The translations under genes and the position numbers were made by a program. 32,000 nucleotides of DNA from an uncultured Planctomycetia bacterium (lineage in GTDB: Bacteria; Omnitrophota; Gorgyraeia; Duberdicusellales; 4484-171), in NCBI GenBank assembly GCA_964536865.1, contig CAZHYN010000004.1:30001-62000 (forward strand), given 5' to 3'. The notes under the pieces were generated by a model. That model was not told the DNA's origin, did not search any database, and was given only the letters and a program-made list of their open reading frames with translations. This document shows positions 22,258-30,880 of the stretch, piece by piece. Numbering within the stretch: position 1 is the first letter of the stretch; each line of letters opens with the position of its first letter.

Positions 22258-23452
22258 GAAGGAGAAAGTTCACAAAAAAAAGTTAAGTATTGCTCACCTC
22301 CATTGGGGATTCCCCCCTATTATAGGAGGGGTAGAAACCCACCTTACCATAATTCTCCCTCAGATGGCAAAAAAAGGTTATAAGGTGTCTCTTTTAACTT
22401 GTTCTGCAGAAAAGGCGAAAGCAAGAGAAAGTTACTGTGGTGTAGAAGTTTTTCGTTATCCCATTATGGACTTAAACTGGCTCTATAAAAGAGGGTTACA
22501 GGGATTGGAGGAGGAGGTAACTCACATTTTCACTTCCTTTATAGATAAGACTAAACCTCATATTCTTCATGCCCATAATATGCATTATTTTAGTGAGATT
22601 CACGCTTTCACTCTAGAAAGAATAGCGAAGAAGAAGGGTATTCCTTTGATTCTTACTGCTCATAATGTTTGGGATGACGTTTTATTTTTAGAACTTACTC
22701 ATAAGATAGATTGGCAGCATATTATTGCGGTAAGCCACTATATTAAGAGAGAAATTATAGGGATAGGTGTTGATGATAGAAAAATTACTGTTGTTCATCA
22801 TGGTTTAGATGAAACTAAGTTCCATCCTCGGATCAAATCATCACGAATTTTGAAAAAATATCCTCAGCTTAAGGGTAGGAAAGTAATTTTTCATCCTGCA
22901 AGAATTGGTTTAGCTAAGGGATGTGACATAAGTATTAAGGCTGTAAATATCGTAAGAGAGAAGTATCCCGAAGTAATTTTAGTATTAGCGGGTTCTAGAA
23001 ATATCATCGATTGGGGAGCGACTCAGCAGAAAGATATCGCTTACATGGTAAATCTTATAAAACATTTTAGGTTAGAAAAAAATATTCTCATTGATTTCTA
23101 TTCTTTGGAAGAGATGCGTGAACTTTATGCTCTGAGCGATATTTGTGTTTATCCTTCTACAGTTCCTGAACCTTTTGGATTGACGATGCTGGAGGCTCAG
23201 GCTTGTGGCAAACCCATGGTAGTTACTAACTCAGGAGGAATGCCTGAGATAATAAAAGATGGGGTAAATGGTTTTGTTATTAATATTAGAGATTTTGAGA
23301 ACTTAGCAGCTAAAATTGTTCAATTGCTAGAAGATAGGCGTTTGCGAGAAAGATTAGGTTATACAGGGAGGCAGATTGTGGAGTCTTATTATACTAAGGA
23401 GAGGGTTACTCACGATACACTTGCAGTTTATAAGAAGTTTATTAATTTTTAG
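22229..23452 (+). CDS. GT4-family (GT-B) glycosyltransferase, acceptor unknown
   Basis: N-terminal PPIIGGVETH. C-terminal EPFGLTMLEAQACGKPMVVTNSGGMPEIIKDGVNGF. The start codon is uncertain: GTG 22229 overlaps the end of GH65-1. Confidence 0.75.
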   Translation: MLRRRSTITKKEKVHKKKLSIAHLHWGFPPIIGGVETHLTIILPQMAKKGYKVSLLTCSAEKAKARESYCGVEVFRYPIMDLNWLYKRGLQGLEEEVTHIFTSFIDKTKPHILHAHNMHYFSEIHAFTLERIAKKKGIPLILTAHNVWDDVLFLELTHKIDWQHIIAVSHYIKREIIGIGVDDRKITVVHHGLDETKFHPRIKSSRILKKYPQLKGRKVIFHPARIGLAKGCDISIKAVNIVREKYPEVILVLAGSRNIIDWGATQQKDIAYMVNLIKHFRLEKNILIDFYSLEEMRELYALSDICVYPSTVPEPFGLTMLEAQACGKPMVVTNSGGMPEIIKDGVNGFVINIRDFENLAAKIVQLLEDRRLRERLGYTGRQIVESYYTKERVTHDTLAVYKKFINF

Positions 23453-23461
23453 AAGTTAGAT

Positions 23462-24931
23462 ATGCTTAGGGGATGGAGCAAAAAAACTGTAATAGACCTA
23501 GTAAAGACTAAGTTAGAGAGGGCCTTATTTGTCGTTGTCTCTAACCGCCAACCTTACATCCATAAATTTATTAAAGGGAAAATTCATTGTTTAAAAGGTC
23601 CGGGAGGAGTGGTAACCGCTATTGATCCTGTAATGCAGGAGATTAAAGGTTTATGGGTCTGCTGTGGTAGTGGAGATGCCGATAAAATTGTGGCTAAAGA
23701 TAGTAAAGTGAATGTTCCTCCGGAGATGCCATCTTATCAAGTTAAGTATGTATGGTTAACTAAGGAAGAGAATTTAGGTTATTATTATGGATTTTCTAAT
23801 CAAGCTCTCTGGCCTCTCTCTCATCTGGTTTTTGTTAAACCAATATTTAGAGACGAGGATTGGAGAATCTATAAAGAGGTGAATAAAAAATTTGCTCAAA
23901 GTATCTATGAAGAAATAAAGGATAAGAGGGCAGTAGTGTTTATTCAGGATTATCATCTTGCTATGGTAAGTAAGTATTTAAAGGAGAGCAAACCCGATGT
24001 TGTTACTATTCTTTTTTGGCATATTCCCTGGCCTACTTACGATGTGTTTAGAATCCTTCCCTGTAAACAAGAATTTTTAGAAGGTTTACTTAGTTATAAT
24101 CTCTTAGGGTTTCATATAAGGTACTTCTGTAACAATTTCTTTGAGGCAGTAGCAAACGAACTGGAGAGCAAAATAAATAGAGAGACTTCTACTATTATCT
24201 ATCAAGGTAAATCTACATTAGTAAAAGCTTATCCTATAAGTATTGATTTTGAAGGGATAAGTAATAAGAGTGGAGAAAAAGATGTAGAAGAGGCTATGGT
24301 GTCTTTAAAAGAAGAGTTTGGTTTAGAGGGTTACAAGATTATTGTGGGGTTAGATAGAATAGATTATACCAAAGGAATAGTAGAGAGAATTCTAGCCATA
24401 GATAAACTCCTTCAGTTGCACCCCGAGCTTAGAGAGAAGATTATATTCATTCAGATGGGTGAAATATCTCGTATTCATATAGCTCAGTACAAACAACTCA
24501 ACGATCAAATAAATGCCTTGGTAGAGGAGGTAAACTTTAAGCATTCTACCGATAGTTGGCGACCTATAATTTTTGTAAGGAGACACCTTTCTTTCAGTGA
24601 ACTTTTAGCCTTCTATAGATTAGCAAATGTATGTATAGTAAGTTCTCTCCATGATGGAATGAATCTGGTAGCTAAGGAATTTATCTCTTCTCGGTGTGAC
24701 GAATTAGGAGTACTCCTCTTAAGTAGGTTTACAGGAGCAGCACGAGAGCTTAAAGAAGCGGTTCTTATCAATCCTTACTCTCAAAGGGAGAGTGCAGAAG
24801 CGCTTTTCTTTGCTCTTGGTATGAAGGAAGAGGAACAAAAAAGGAGGATGAAAGCTTTAAGAGTGTATATTCAGCGTAACAATATCTGGCGTTGGATTGG
24901 TAAAATAGTTGTTGATATTCCTTGGAAGTGA
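23462..24931 (+). CDS. otsA: alpha,alpha-trehalose-phosphate synthase (GT20)
   Basis: VVSNRQPY, GGVVTAIDP, WPLSH, IQDYHL, FWHIPWP, GLDRIDYTKGI and LHDGMNLVAKEF. Confidence 0.9.
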   Translation: MLRGWSKKTVIDLVKTKLERALFVVVSNRQPYIHKFIKGKIHCLKGPGGVVTAIDPVMQEIKGLWVCCGSGDADKIVAKDSKVNVPPEMPSYQVKYVWLTKEENLGYYYGFSNQALWPLSHLVFVKPIFRDEDWRIYKEVNKKFAQSIYEEIKDKRAVVFIQDYHLAMVSKYLKESKPDVVTILFWHIPWPTYDVFRILPCKQEFLEGLLSYNLLGFHIRYFCNNFFEAVANELESKINRETSTIIYQGKSTLVKAYPISIDFEGISNKSGEKDVEEAMVSLKEEFGLEGYKIIVGLDRIDYTKGIVERILAIDKLLQLHPELREKIIFIQMGEISRIHIAQYKQLNDQINALVEEVNFKHSTDSWRPIIFVRRHLSFSELLAFYRLANVCIVSSLHDGMNLVAKEFISSRCDELGVLLLSRFTGAARELKEAVLINPYSQRESAEALFFALGMKEEEQKRRMKALRVYIQRNNIWRWIGKIVVDIPWK

Positions 24932-26523
24932 TGGATGATGTTGCTTTTCCTTTCCAAGCAGTTGTTTTTGATTTAGATGGTGTAATTACCCAAACTGCCT
25001 ACCTTCATTTCCAAGCTTGGAAGCAAACCTTTGATGAGTATTTACGTTTCAGAGAGAAAGAAAAATTTAGAGAATTTACTGAGCAAGATTATCTTAACTA
25101 TGTAGATGGAAGACCACGCTATGATGGAGTTAAGACTTTTCTTTCCTCTCGAGGGATTCAAATTAGTTGGGGAGAGCCTACTGATTCTCCTGGTGAGGAA
25201 ACAATCTGCGGGTTAGGGAATAAAAAAAATGTGATTTTTAAAAATCTTTTAGAAAGTAAAGGAGCCAAAAAGTATCCTACCACAGTAGAGTTTATCCAAG
25301 AGCTTAAAGAAAAGGGAATAAAGATAGGTGTAGCCTCTTCCTCTAAAAATTGTCGTGCTATTCTCAGCTCTACCCGAATTATAGATCTCTTTGATGCTTG
25401 TGTAGATGGGATAGTTTCTCAACAGTTTAATCTTCAGGGTAAACCTGAACCAGATATATTTCTCTTAACTAGTAAAGATTTGAAGGTTTCCCCTTCCAAG
25501 ACAGTTGTAGTTGAAGATGCTAGTTCAGGGGTAGAGGCAGCTCGCAATGGAGGTTTCGGATTAGTCATAGGAGTTGCCCGCAAAGATAATAAAGAAGATC
25601 TCTTAAATTCGGGAGCGGATTTAGCATTGAGTGATCTAAAGTTCATAGATATAGAGTGGATCAATGAATGGTTTAAAAAAAGCCCTTTTTACCTTTTTGA
25701 TTTCTGGGATAGAGGAACAAGAGAGGAATTAGGAGTTTTTAAGAAGAACGAAGATATAGTTTTAAACCCCTGGTATTTTTTGAGCTTTAAAGATGCTATT
25801 TTTTCCAGAAAGCAGTTAGCCTTTTTCTTTGATTATGATGGCACACTTACCCCTATTGTTAAGAGACCAGAATTAGCAGTGTTATCTACCCAGATGCGCT
25901 CCTTAATTAAAAAAATAGCTAAGAAATACCCTACCGCCATAGTGAGCGGAAGACAGAGAGAAGAGGTAGAAAAGTTAGTAGGAGTAGAAGGCATTTACTA
26001 TGTAGGAAGCCATGGTTTTGATATAAAAGGAGGCGGTTTTTCTTATATTCATCCCCAGCTAAAGGGAATAGTTCCTTTAATCTCTCATATAGCAGAAGAG
26101 TTTTCTACCAAGTTGAGAAGTATCCAGGGGGTGATCATTGAGAATAAGAAGTTCAGTGTTGCTCTCCATTATCGTCTGGTAGAGGATAAGTTCTTAGACA
26201 ATATTAAGAAGGTAGTAGATGAAGTAAAGAGAGAGTATTCTAACTTGCGGTTAATGTGTGGCAAGAAGGTTTTTGAATTTATGCCTGATATTGATTGGGA
26301 TAAAGGTAAAGCCATAAGATGGCTTCTTAGTATACTAAATATTTCTTGGAGAGAGTATGCAGTAATTTATATTGGCGATGATACTACTGATGAAGATGCA
26401 TTCAGAATGGTGCGGACTAGGGGAATAGGGATTCTAGTTTCTGAAGGTAAGGCTACTTCAGCAGCTGATTACTTTGTTCACTCTCCCCAGGAAGTTAGAA
26501 AGCTTTTAGAAAGATTTGTATGA
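24931..26523 (+). CDS. fusion protein: beta-phosphoglucomutase-like HAD domain (N-terminal) plus trehalose-6-phosphate phosphatase domain (C-terminal)
   Basis: N-terminal half: VVFDLDGVIT, GVASSS and EDASSGVEAA. C-terminal half: FFFDYDGTLTPIV, VSGR and GDDTTDEDAF. The ATG overlaps the otsA TGA (TGATG). The ORF track starts it at TTG 24922. Confidence 0.8.
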   Translation: MDDVAFPFQAVVFDLDGVITQTAYLHFQAWKQTFDEYLRFREKEKFREFTEQDYLNYVDGRPRYDGVKTFLSSRGIQISWGEPTDSPGEETICGLGNKKNVIFKNLLESKGAKKYPTTVEFIQELKEKGIKIGVASSSKNCRAILSSTRIIDLFDACVDGIVSQQFNLQGKPEPDIFLLTSKDLKVSPSKTVVVEDASSGVEAARNGGFGLVIGVARKDNKEDLLNSGADLALSDLKFIDIEWINEWFKKSPFYLFDFWDRGTREELGVFKKNEDIVLNPWYFLSFKDAIFSRKQLAFFFDYDGTLTPIVKRPELAVLSTQMRSLIKKIAKKYPTAIVSGRQREEVEKLVGVEGIYYVGSHGFDIKGGGFSYIHPQLKGIVPLISHIAEEFSTKLRSIQGVIIENKKFSVALHYRLVEDKFLDNIKKVVDEVKREYSNLRLMCGKKVFEFMPDIDWDKGKAIRWLLSILNISWREYAVIYIGDDTTDEDAFRMVRTRGIGILVSEGKATSAADYFVHSPQEVRKLLERFV

Positions 26524-28946
26524 AAGATTCTACCTGGACGATTACCTACACTCACTTTGAACCTGCTCATGAGGGACTACGGGAGGCCCTATGTACTTTG
26601 GGTAACGGTTACTTTGCTACTCGAGGAGCCGCTCCTGAAGGGATAATCTCAAAAATTCACTATCCAGGAACTTACATTGCTGGAGTTTATAATAAACTCT
26701 CTACTAACCTAGCAGGGAAAATAGTAGTTAATGAAGATTTAGTAAATTGTCCTAACTGGCTCTATATTACCTTTAAGGTCGGAGAGGAAGATTGGTTTAT
26801 TCCTTCAGAAGCTAACCTCACCTTTTACCATCAGGAGTTAGATATGCGTGAAGGCATATTGAAGAGAACACTTAAATTTAAAGATAAACAAGGAAGAGTT
26901 ACTCAGGTATTTACCGAGAGGTTAGTTCATATGAGGTATCCCCATATAGGAGCATTGAGGTATCTTATTGCTCCTTTAAACTATGACGGTTGGATTACTG
27001 TAAGAGTTATGCTTGATGGAGCAGTAGAGAATAGAGGAGTGGAGAGATACCGGCAATTGAATTCCAAACATCTTAAACCTTCTGCCTTAGGTAGCTTTGG
27101 AAAAGATGGTATATACTTGGTTATGGTTACTTCTCAATCGAAGATAAAAATAGCCCAAGCTTGCAGAGTTTCGTTCTTTATAAATGGAGAGAGAGCAAGG
27201 CCAGTGATAAAGACCGTACGCCGGCGATTGATGGAAGGTAGAGAAAGGATTGGTCAGGAGTTCCGTTTCTTCGCTCGTCGGAGAGTTTCCTATGAGGTGC
27301 AGAAGATTGTCTCTATATATACCTCTAAAGATTTCTTGAAAAGAGACCCTGCCAAAGAAGCAATCAGAGCGGTAAAGAGGGTGCCCTCTTTTATTAAATT
27401 GGTAGCTCATCAAAGGCAAACCTGGCAAAGTCTTTGGAATAGATTCGATATAACTATTCAGGGAGATAAATTTTCTCAGTGGGCGTTAAGGGTCCATATT
27501 TTTCATCTTTTGCAAACAGCCTCTCCTAACAATGTCAATTTAGATGTAAGCATTCCTGCTCGTGGTCTTCATGGAGAAGCTTACCGAGGTCATATCTTTT
27601 GGGATGAGATTTTTATTATGCACTTTTATGATCTTCACTATCCTCAGATTTCTAAGGTCTTTCTCTTGTACCGTTACCGGAGATTAGAGAAAGCAAGACA
27701 GTTAGCTAAGAGATTCGGTTACAAAGGGGCTATGTATCCTTGGCAAAGTGCCTCAACGGGAGATGAGGAGACTCAGATGTATCACTTGAATCCTCTCTCG
27801 GGTAAGTGGGGACCCGATTATAGTTCTTATCAAAGACATATCTCTTTTGCTGTTGCTTATAACGTATGGAAGTACTGGGAAAGAACTTTGGATTTTCAAT
27901 TCCTTATTCACTTCGGTGCAGAGATGATTCTTTCTATAGCTCAGTTTGGAGCAAGCCTTGTTAGTTACAGTAGAAAAGATAAGCGCTACCATACTGAAAG
28001 AGTGATGGGGCCAGACGAATTTCATGAAAGATATCCTCATGCTAAGCAACCAGGGCTTAGAGATAATACCTATACTAACTTTATGATTGTCTGGACTCTC
28101 AATAAGGCCAAGGAGGTTATTAAAATTCTACCTTCCTCTTATAAAAACAGACTTTTCAAAAAACTAGGAATAACTGAGAAGGATTTGAAACTTTGGGATG
28201 ATATTACCAGAAGGATGAATATAGTGATCAATCGCAGGGGTATCATTGCTCAATTTGATGGTTACTTTGCTCTTAAAGAATTAGATTGGAAAAAGTACAT
28301 GTTTGAGTACGGGGACGTTAAAAGGATGGATAGAATCTTAAAAGCCGAGGGGAAAACTCCTGATGAATACAAGGTAACTAAGCAGGCAGATGTCCTTATG
28401 ATTTTTTATCTTTTCTCTCTTCGAGAAATCAAGAAAGTTTTTAATGAGTTAGGATATAGATTTGATCTTAAAATGTTGAGAAAAAACTATGAATACTATA
28501 GTAGGAGAACCTCTCATGGTTCTACTCTGAGCAAAGTTGTACATTGTTTTGTAGCTCATAGTCTAGGGAAGAAAGAAGAAGCGTGGGATTGGTTTGTAGA
28601 TACGTTAGAATCAGATATATATGATACTCAGAGAGGGACTACTCCTGAAGGAATTCATACGGGAGTTATGGGAGGTTCCATCGATGTAGTAGTAAGAGCA
28701 TTTGCAGGTTTAAGTCTGGGTGATTCTATCAGGATAAATCCTTCTCTTCCTAAAAAATGGAGAAAACTCAGTTTAAAATTTCTCTACAGAGACCTGTGGT
28801 TTACTCTTTCTATTAGAGATAGAGCTTTTACACTCTCTGTAGATAAGGAAAAAAGGAGTAAAATATCTACTTCCATAGATATTGTAGTAGGGAATAGAGT
28901 TTATAAATTCCCCTTAGTAAGGAAGGCTACCTTCTCTATAAAGTAA
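26520..28946 (+). CDS. glycoside hydrolase family 65 protein (disaccharide phosphorylase-like), paralog 2
   Basis: REALCTLGNGYFATRGA, GEAYRGHIFWDEIF, YPWQSASTGDE and GPDEFHERYP. The ATG overlaps the preceding TGA (ATGA). Confidence 0.85.
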   Translation: MKDSTWTITYTHFEPAHEGLREALCTLGNGYFATRGAAPEGIISKIHYPGTYIAGVYNKLSTNLAGKIVVNEDLVNCPNWLYITFKVGEEDWFIPSEANLTFYHQELDMREGILKRTLKFKDKQGRVTQVFTERLVHMRYPHIGALRYLIAPLNYDGWITVRVMLDGAVENRGVERYRQLNSKHLKPSALGSFGKDGIYLVMVTSQSKIKIAQACRVSFFINGERARPVIKTVRRRLMEGRERIGQEFRFFARRRVSYEVQKIVSIYTSKDFLKRDPAKEAIRAVKRVPSFIKLVAHQRQTWQSLWNRFDITIQGDKFSQWALRVHIFHLLQTASPNNVNLDVSIPARGLHGEAYRGHIFWDEIFIMHFYDLHYPQISKVFLLYRYRRLEKARQLAKRFGYKGAMYPWQSASTGDEETQMYHLNPLSGKWGPDYSSYQRHISFAVAYNVWKYWERTLDFQFLIHFGAEMILSIAQFGASLVSYSRKDKRYHTERVMGPDEFHERYPHAKQPGLRDNTYTNFMIVWTLNKAKEVIKILPSSYKNRLFKKLGITEKDLKLWDDITRRMNIVINRRGIIAQFDGYFALKELDWKKYMFEYGDVKRMDRILKAEGKTPDEYKVTKQADVLMIFYLFSLREIKKVFNELGYRFDLKMLRKNYEYYSRRTSHGSTLSKVVHCFVAHSLGKKEEAWDWFVDTLESDIYDTQRGTTPEGIHTGVMGGSIDVVVRAFAGLSLGDSIRINPSLPKKWRKLSLKFLYRDLWFTLSIRDRAFTLSVDKEKRSKISTSIDIVVGNRVYKFPLVRKATFSIK

Positions 28947-28957
28947 ATAGTTCATAA

Positions 28958-29614
28958 GTGGGAGGAGAATACTTTCATTTCCATACTCGGGTAACTCAGG
29001 TAGAGCTTTTAGGGTATACCGCTCGCAATGTAAAGGAGTTGTATCAAGGGATAAAAAGAGTTCCCTCTTCCAGTATATATCACCACACCCATCGTTATCT
29101 TGAGCAACACCGGTATTTTTCTCCTGAACATCCCAATGATTTTTCTTATTGGATTAATAATAGTTTAGGACTTAGGAAGTTGGGAGAGAGGATTGCTAGT
29201 GTTGATATCTTTCAGTTTTCTGATATAGAGGATTTACGAAAAGAATTTCTAATAATTTTAGATGAATATCTTAAAACTGCTCCTGCTTTAAGAGGTTGTC
29301 TTCCAGGGGAGGAGTTTCGTTTCCTTTCTTCAAAGATTTTTATTCTTCCTACACCTTTCAAGGCACATAATCTTGAAGAGTTTTCTCTTTATCTTAAGAG
29401 GGTTACTGTACACTCTCTCTACTTTCATATATTTGAAGCAAAGGTAAGATTAAAAAGAGCAGATAATGATTTCTCCTGTTGGCTAAGAGATCTAGGATAT
29501 AAGGAGTTAGCAGAAAAGATTTCCAAAATCGATCCATATACACATACTTTAGAAGGACTTAGGCAAAAGATCATAAATCTTGTAAGTGAACACCTATATG
29601 GCAAGGATAGATGA
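28958..29614 (+). CDS. hypothetical protein (218 aa), coupled to the TreT-like gene
   Basis: Only long ORF in this interval. GTG start lies 11 nt after the GH65-2 stop, and the 3' end overlaps the treT-like ATG by 17 nt. No motif I can assign. Confidence 0.6.
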   Translation: MGGEYFHFHTRVTQVELLGYTARNVKELYQGIKRVPSSSIYHHTHRYLEQHRYFSPEHPNDFSYWINNSLGLRKLGERIASVDIFQFSDIEDLRKEFLIILDEYLKTAPALRGCLPGEEFRFLSSKIFILPTPFKAHNLEEFSLYLKRVTVHSLYFHIFEAKVRLKRADNDFSCWLRDLGYKELAEKISKIDPYTHTLEGLRQKIINLVSEHLYGKDR

Positions 29615-30818
29615 TTACCGTCCCATCGTAGGCAACCAGACTATTGATGAGCTTTACCTTCTGGGAGAAAAGCTAAAGAATATCACTATTCAAAATATAA
29701 ATTCGACTCCTTCGGGGGGAGGTGTGGCAGAGATTCTTTCTCGAATGGTACCTCTCATGAAAGATGTAGGGTTAGATGTATGGTGGGATGTGATCAGAGG
29801 AGATGATCGTTTTTTTCAGATTACCAAAAAGATTCATAATGCTCTTCATGGAATAGAGGTTTCTCTTACTAGAGAGGAATTATCTTATTTTTTAGAGGTT
29901 AATCAAGAGAACGCTAAATCTATTAAAAAGTGGGCAGATATTGTTTTTGTCCATGATCCCCAACCTATCTACCTAGTTAGAGAGAAGAGAAAGCTTAAAA
30001 ATAAATGGATCTGGCGTTGTCATATTGATTTCTCTAACCCTAAAAGAGATGTATGGCTATTTTTGAAGAAGCTCATTGAGAAGTATGATGCTAGTGTATT
30101 TTCCGCTCCTACGTTTGCTCGGAGATTATCTATCAGACAAGTTCTTATTTACCCTTCTATTGACCCTTTAAGCGATAAGAACAAAGAGTTGGATCAAAGA
30201 TTTATCGATAACGTTTTAGAAAGGTTTGGTATCGATAGACAGAGGCCCATCGTCACTCAGATTTCCCGCTTTGATTATTTAAAAGACCCTATGGGAGTGA
30301 TTAAAGCCTTTCGCTTGGTAAAAAAGTATATAGATTGCCAGCTTATTTTAGCAGGAGGAGGGGCTAGAGATGATCCTGAAGGGGAGAGAGTGTTAAACGA
30401 GGTGAGGGAAGAGGCTAGGAAGGAGAGAGATATTCATATTATTTATCTTCCTCCAGAAAGTAATTTAGAGATAAATGCCTTACAACGTGCTTCTACGGTA
30501 ATTCTTCAAAAATCTTTGAAAGAGGGCTTCGGTCTTACTGTAGCAGAAGCTTTGTGGAAAGAAAAACCAGTTATTGCTTCTTGGGTGGGAGGCATACCTT
30601 TGCAGATTGCTCATAAGTATTCAGGGATTCTTACTTACACTATCGAGGGGACCGCCCACTGGATAAAGCGACTAATTAATGAGCTGGAGTATGCCAAAAG
30701 ATTAGCTAGGAATGGTAAGCAACATGTCAAAAATAATTTTCTTATTCTCCGTCAGATTCAAGATTACTTCCTCTTATTTTTATCCCTTTTTAACCCTCAA
30801 GATATAGTGTACCTTTGA
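29598..30818 (+). CDS. treT: trehalose glycosyltransferring synthase (TreT-like GT4)
   Basis: Recalled TreT hallmarks run along the whole length: IEDYRPIVG-type N-terminus, NSTPSGGGVAEIL, WRCHIDFSNP, DPLSDKN, ITQISRFD..KDP, DDPEG and LQKSLKEGFGLTVAEALWKEKPVIA. ATG at 29598; the track's GTG at 29586 is also possible. Confidence 0.8.
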   Translation: MARIDDYRPIVGNQTIDELYLLGEKLKNITIQNINSTPSGGGVAEILSRMVPLMKDVGLDVWWDVIRGDDRFFQITKKIHNALHGIEVSLTREELSYFLEVNQENAKSIKKWADIVFVHDPQPIYLVREKRKLKNKWIWRCHIDFSNPKRDVWLFLKKLIEKYDASVFSAPTFARRLSIRQVLIYPSIDPLSDKNKELDQRFIDNVLERFGIDRQRPIVTQISRFDYLKDPMGVIKAFRLVKKYIDCQLILAGGGARDDPEGERVLNEVREEARKERDIHIIYLPPESNLEINALQRASTVILQKSLKEGFGLTVAEALWKEKPVIASWVGGIPLQIAHKYSGILTYTIEGTAHWIKRLINELEYAKRLARNGKQHVKNNFLILRQIQDYFLLFLSLFNPQDIVYL

Positions 30819-30842
30819 AGGAAGCTGGAGGGCAAATTGCGT

Positions 30843-30871
30843 TTGACAAATTCTAGTGGTTCTGATATAGT
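30843..30871 (+). promoter_or_regulatory. near-consensus sigma70 promoter for the bamD-like gene
   Basis: TTGACA (30843-30848), 17 nt, TATAGT (30866-30871). The ATG lies 9 nt downstream and no Shine-Dalgarno is visible. Confidence 0.6.
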
Positions 30872-30880
30872 TTTTTTCTC

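Noticed and set aside
2685-28049. Antisense ORFs inside larger genes: 2685-3089, 4708-5037, 10963-11196, 11372-11605, 15036-15278, 16104-16301, 19458-19805, 20656-20841, 21489-21710, 21745-21951, 23774-23956, 24392-24586, 25434-25664, 27087-27428 and 27753-28049
   Set aside because: Each lies wholly within a longer, motif-supported CDS on the opposite strand and shows no recognisable motifs.
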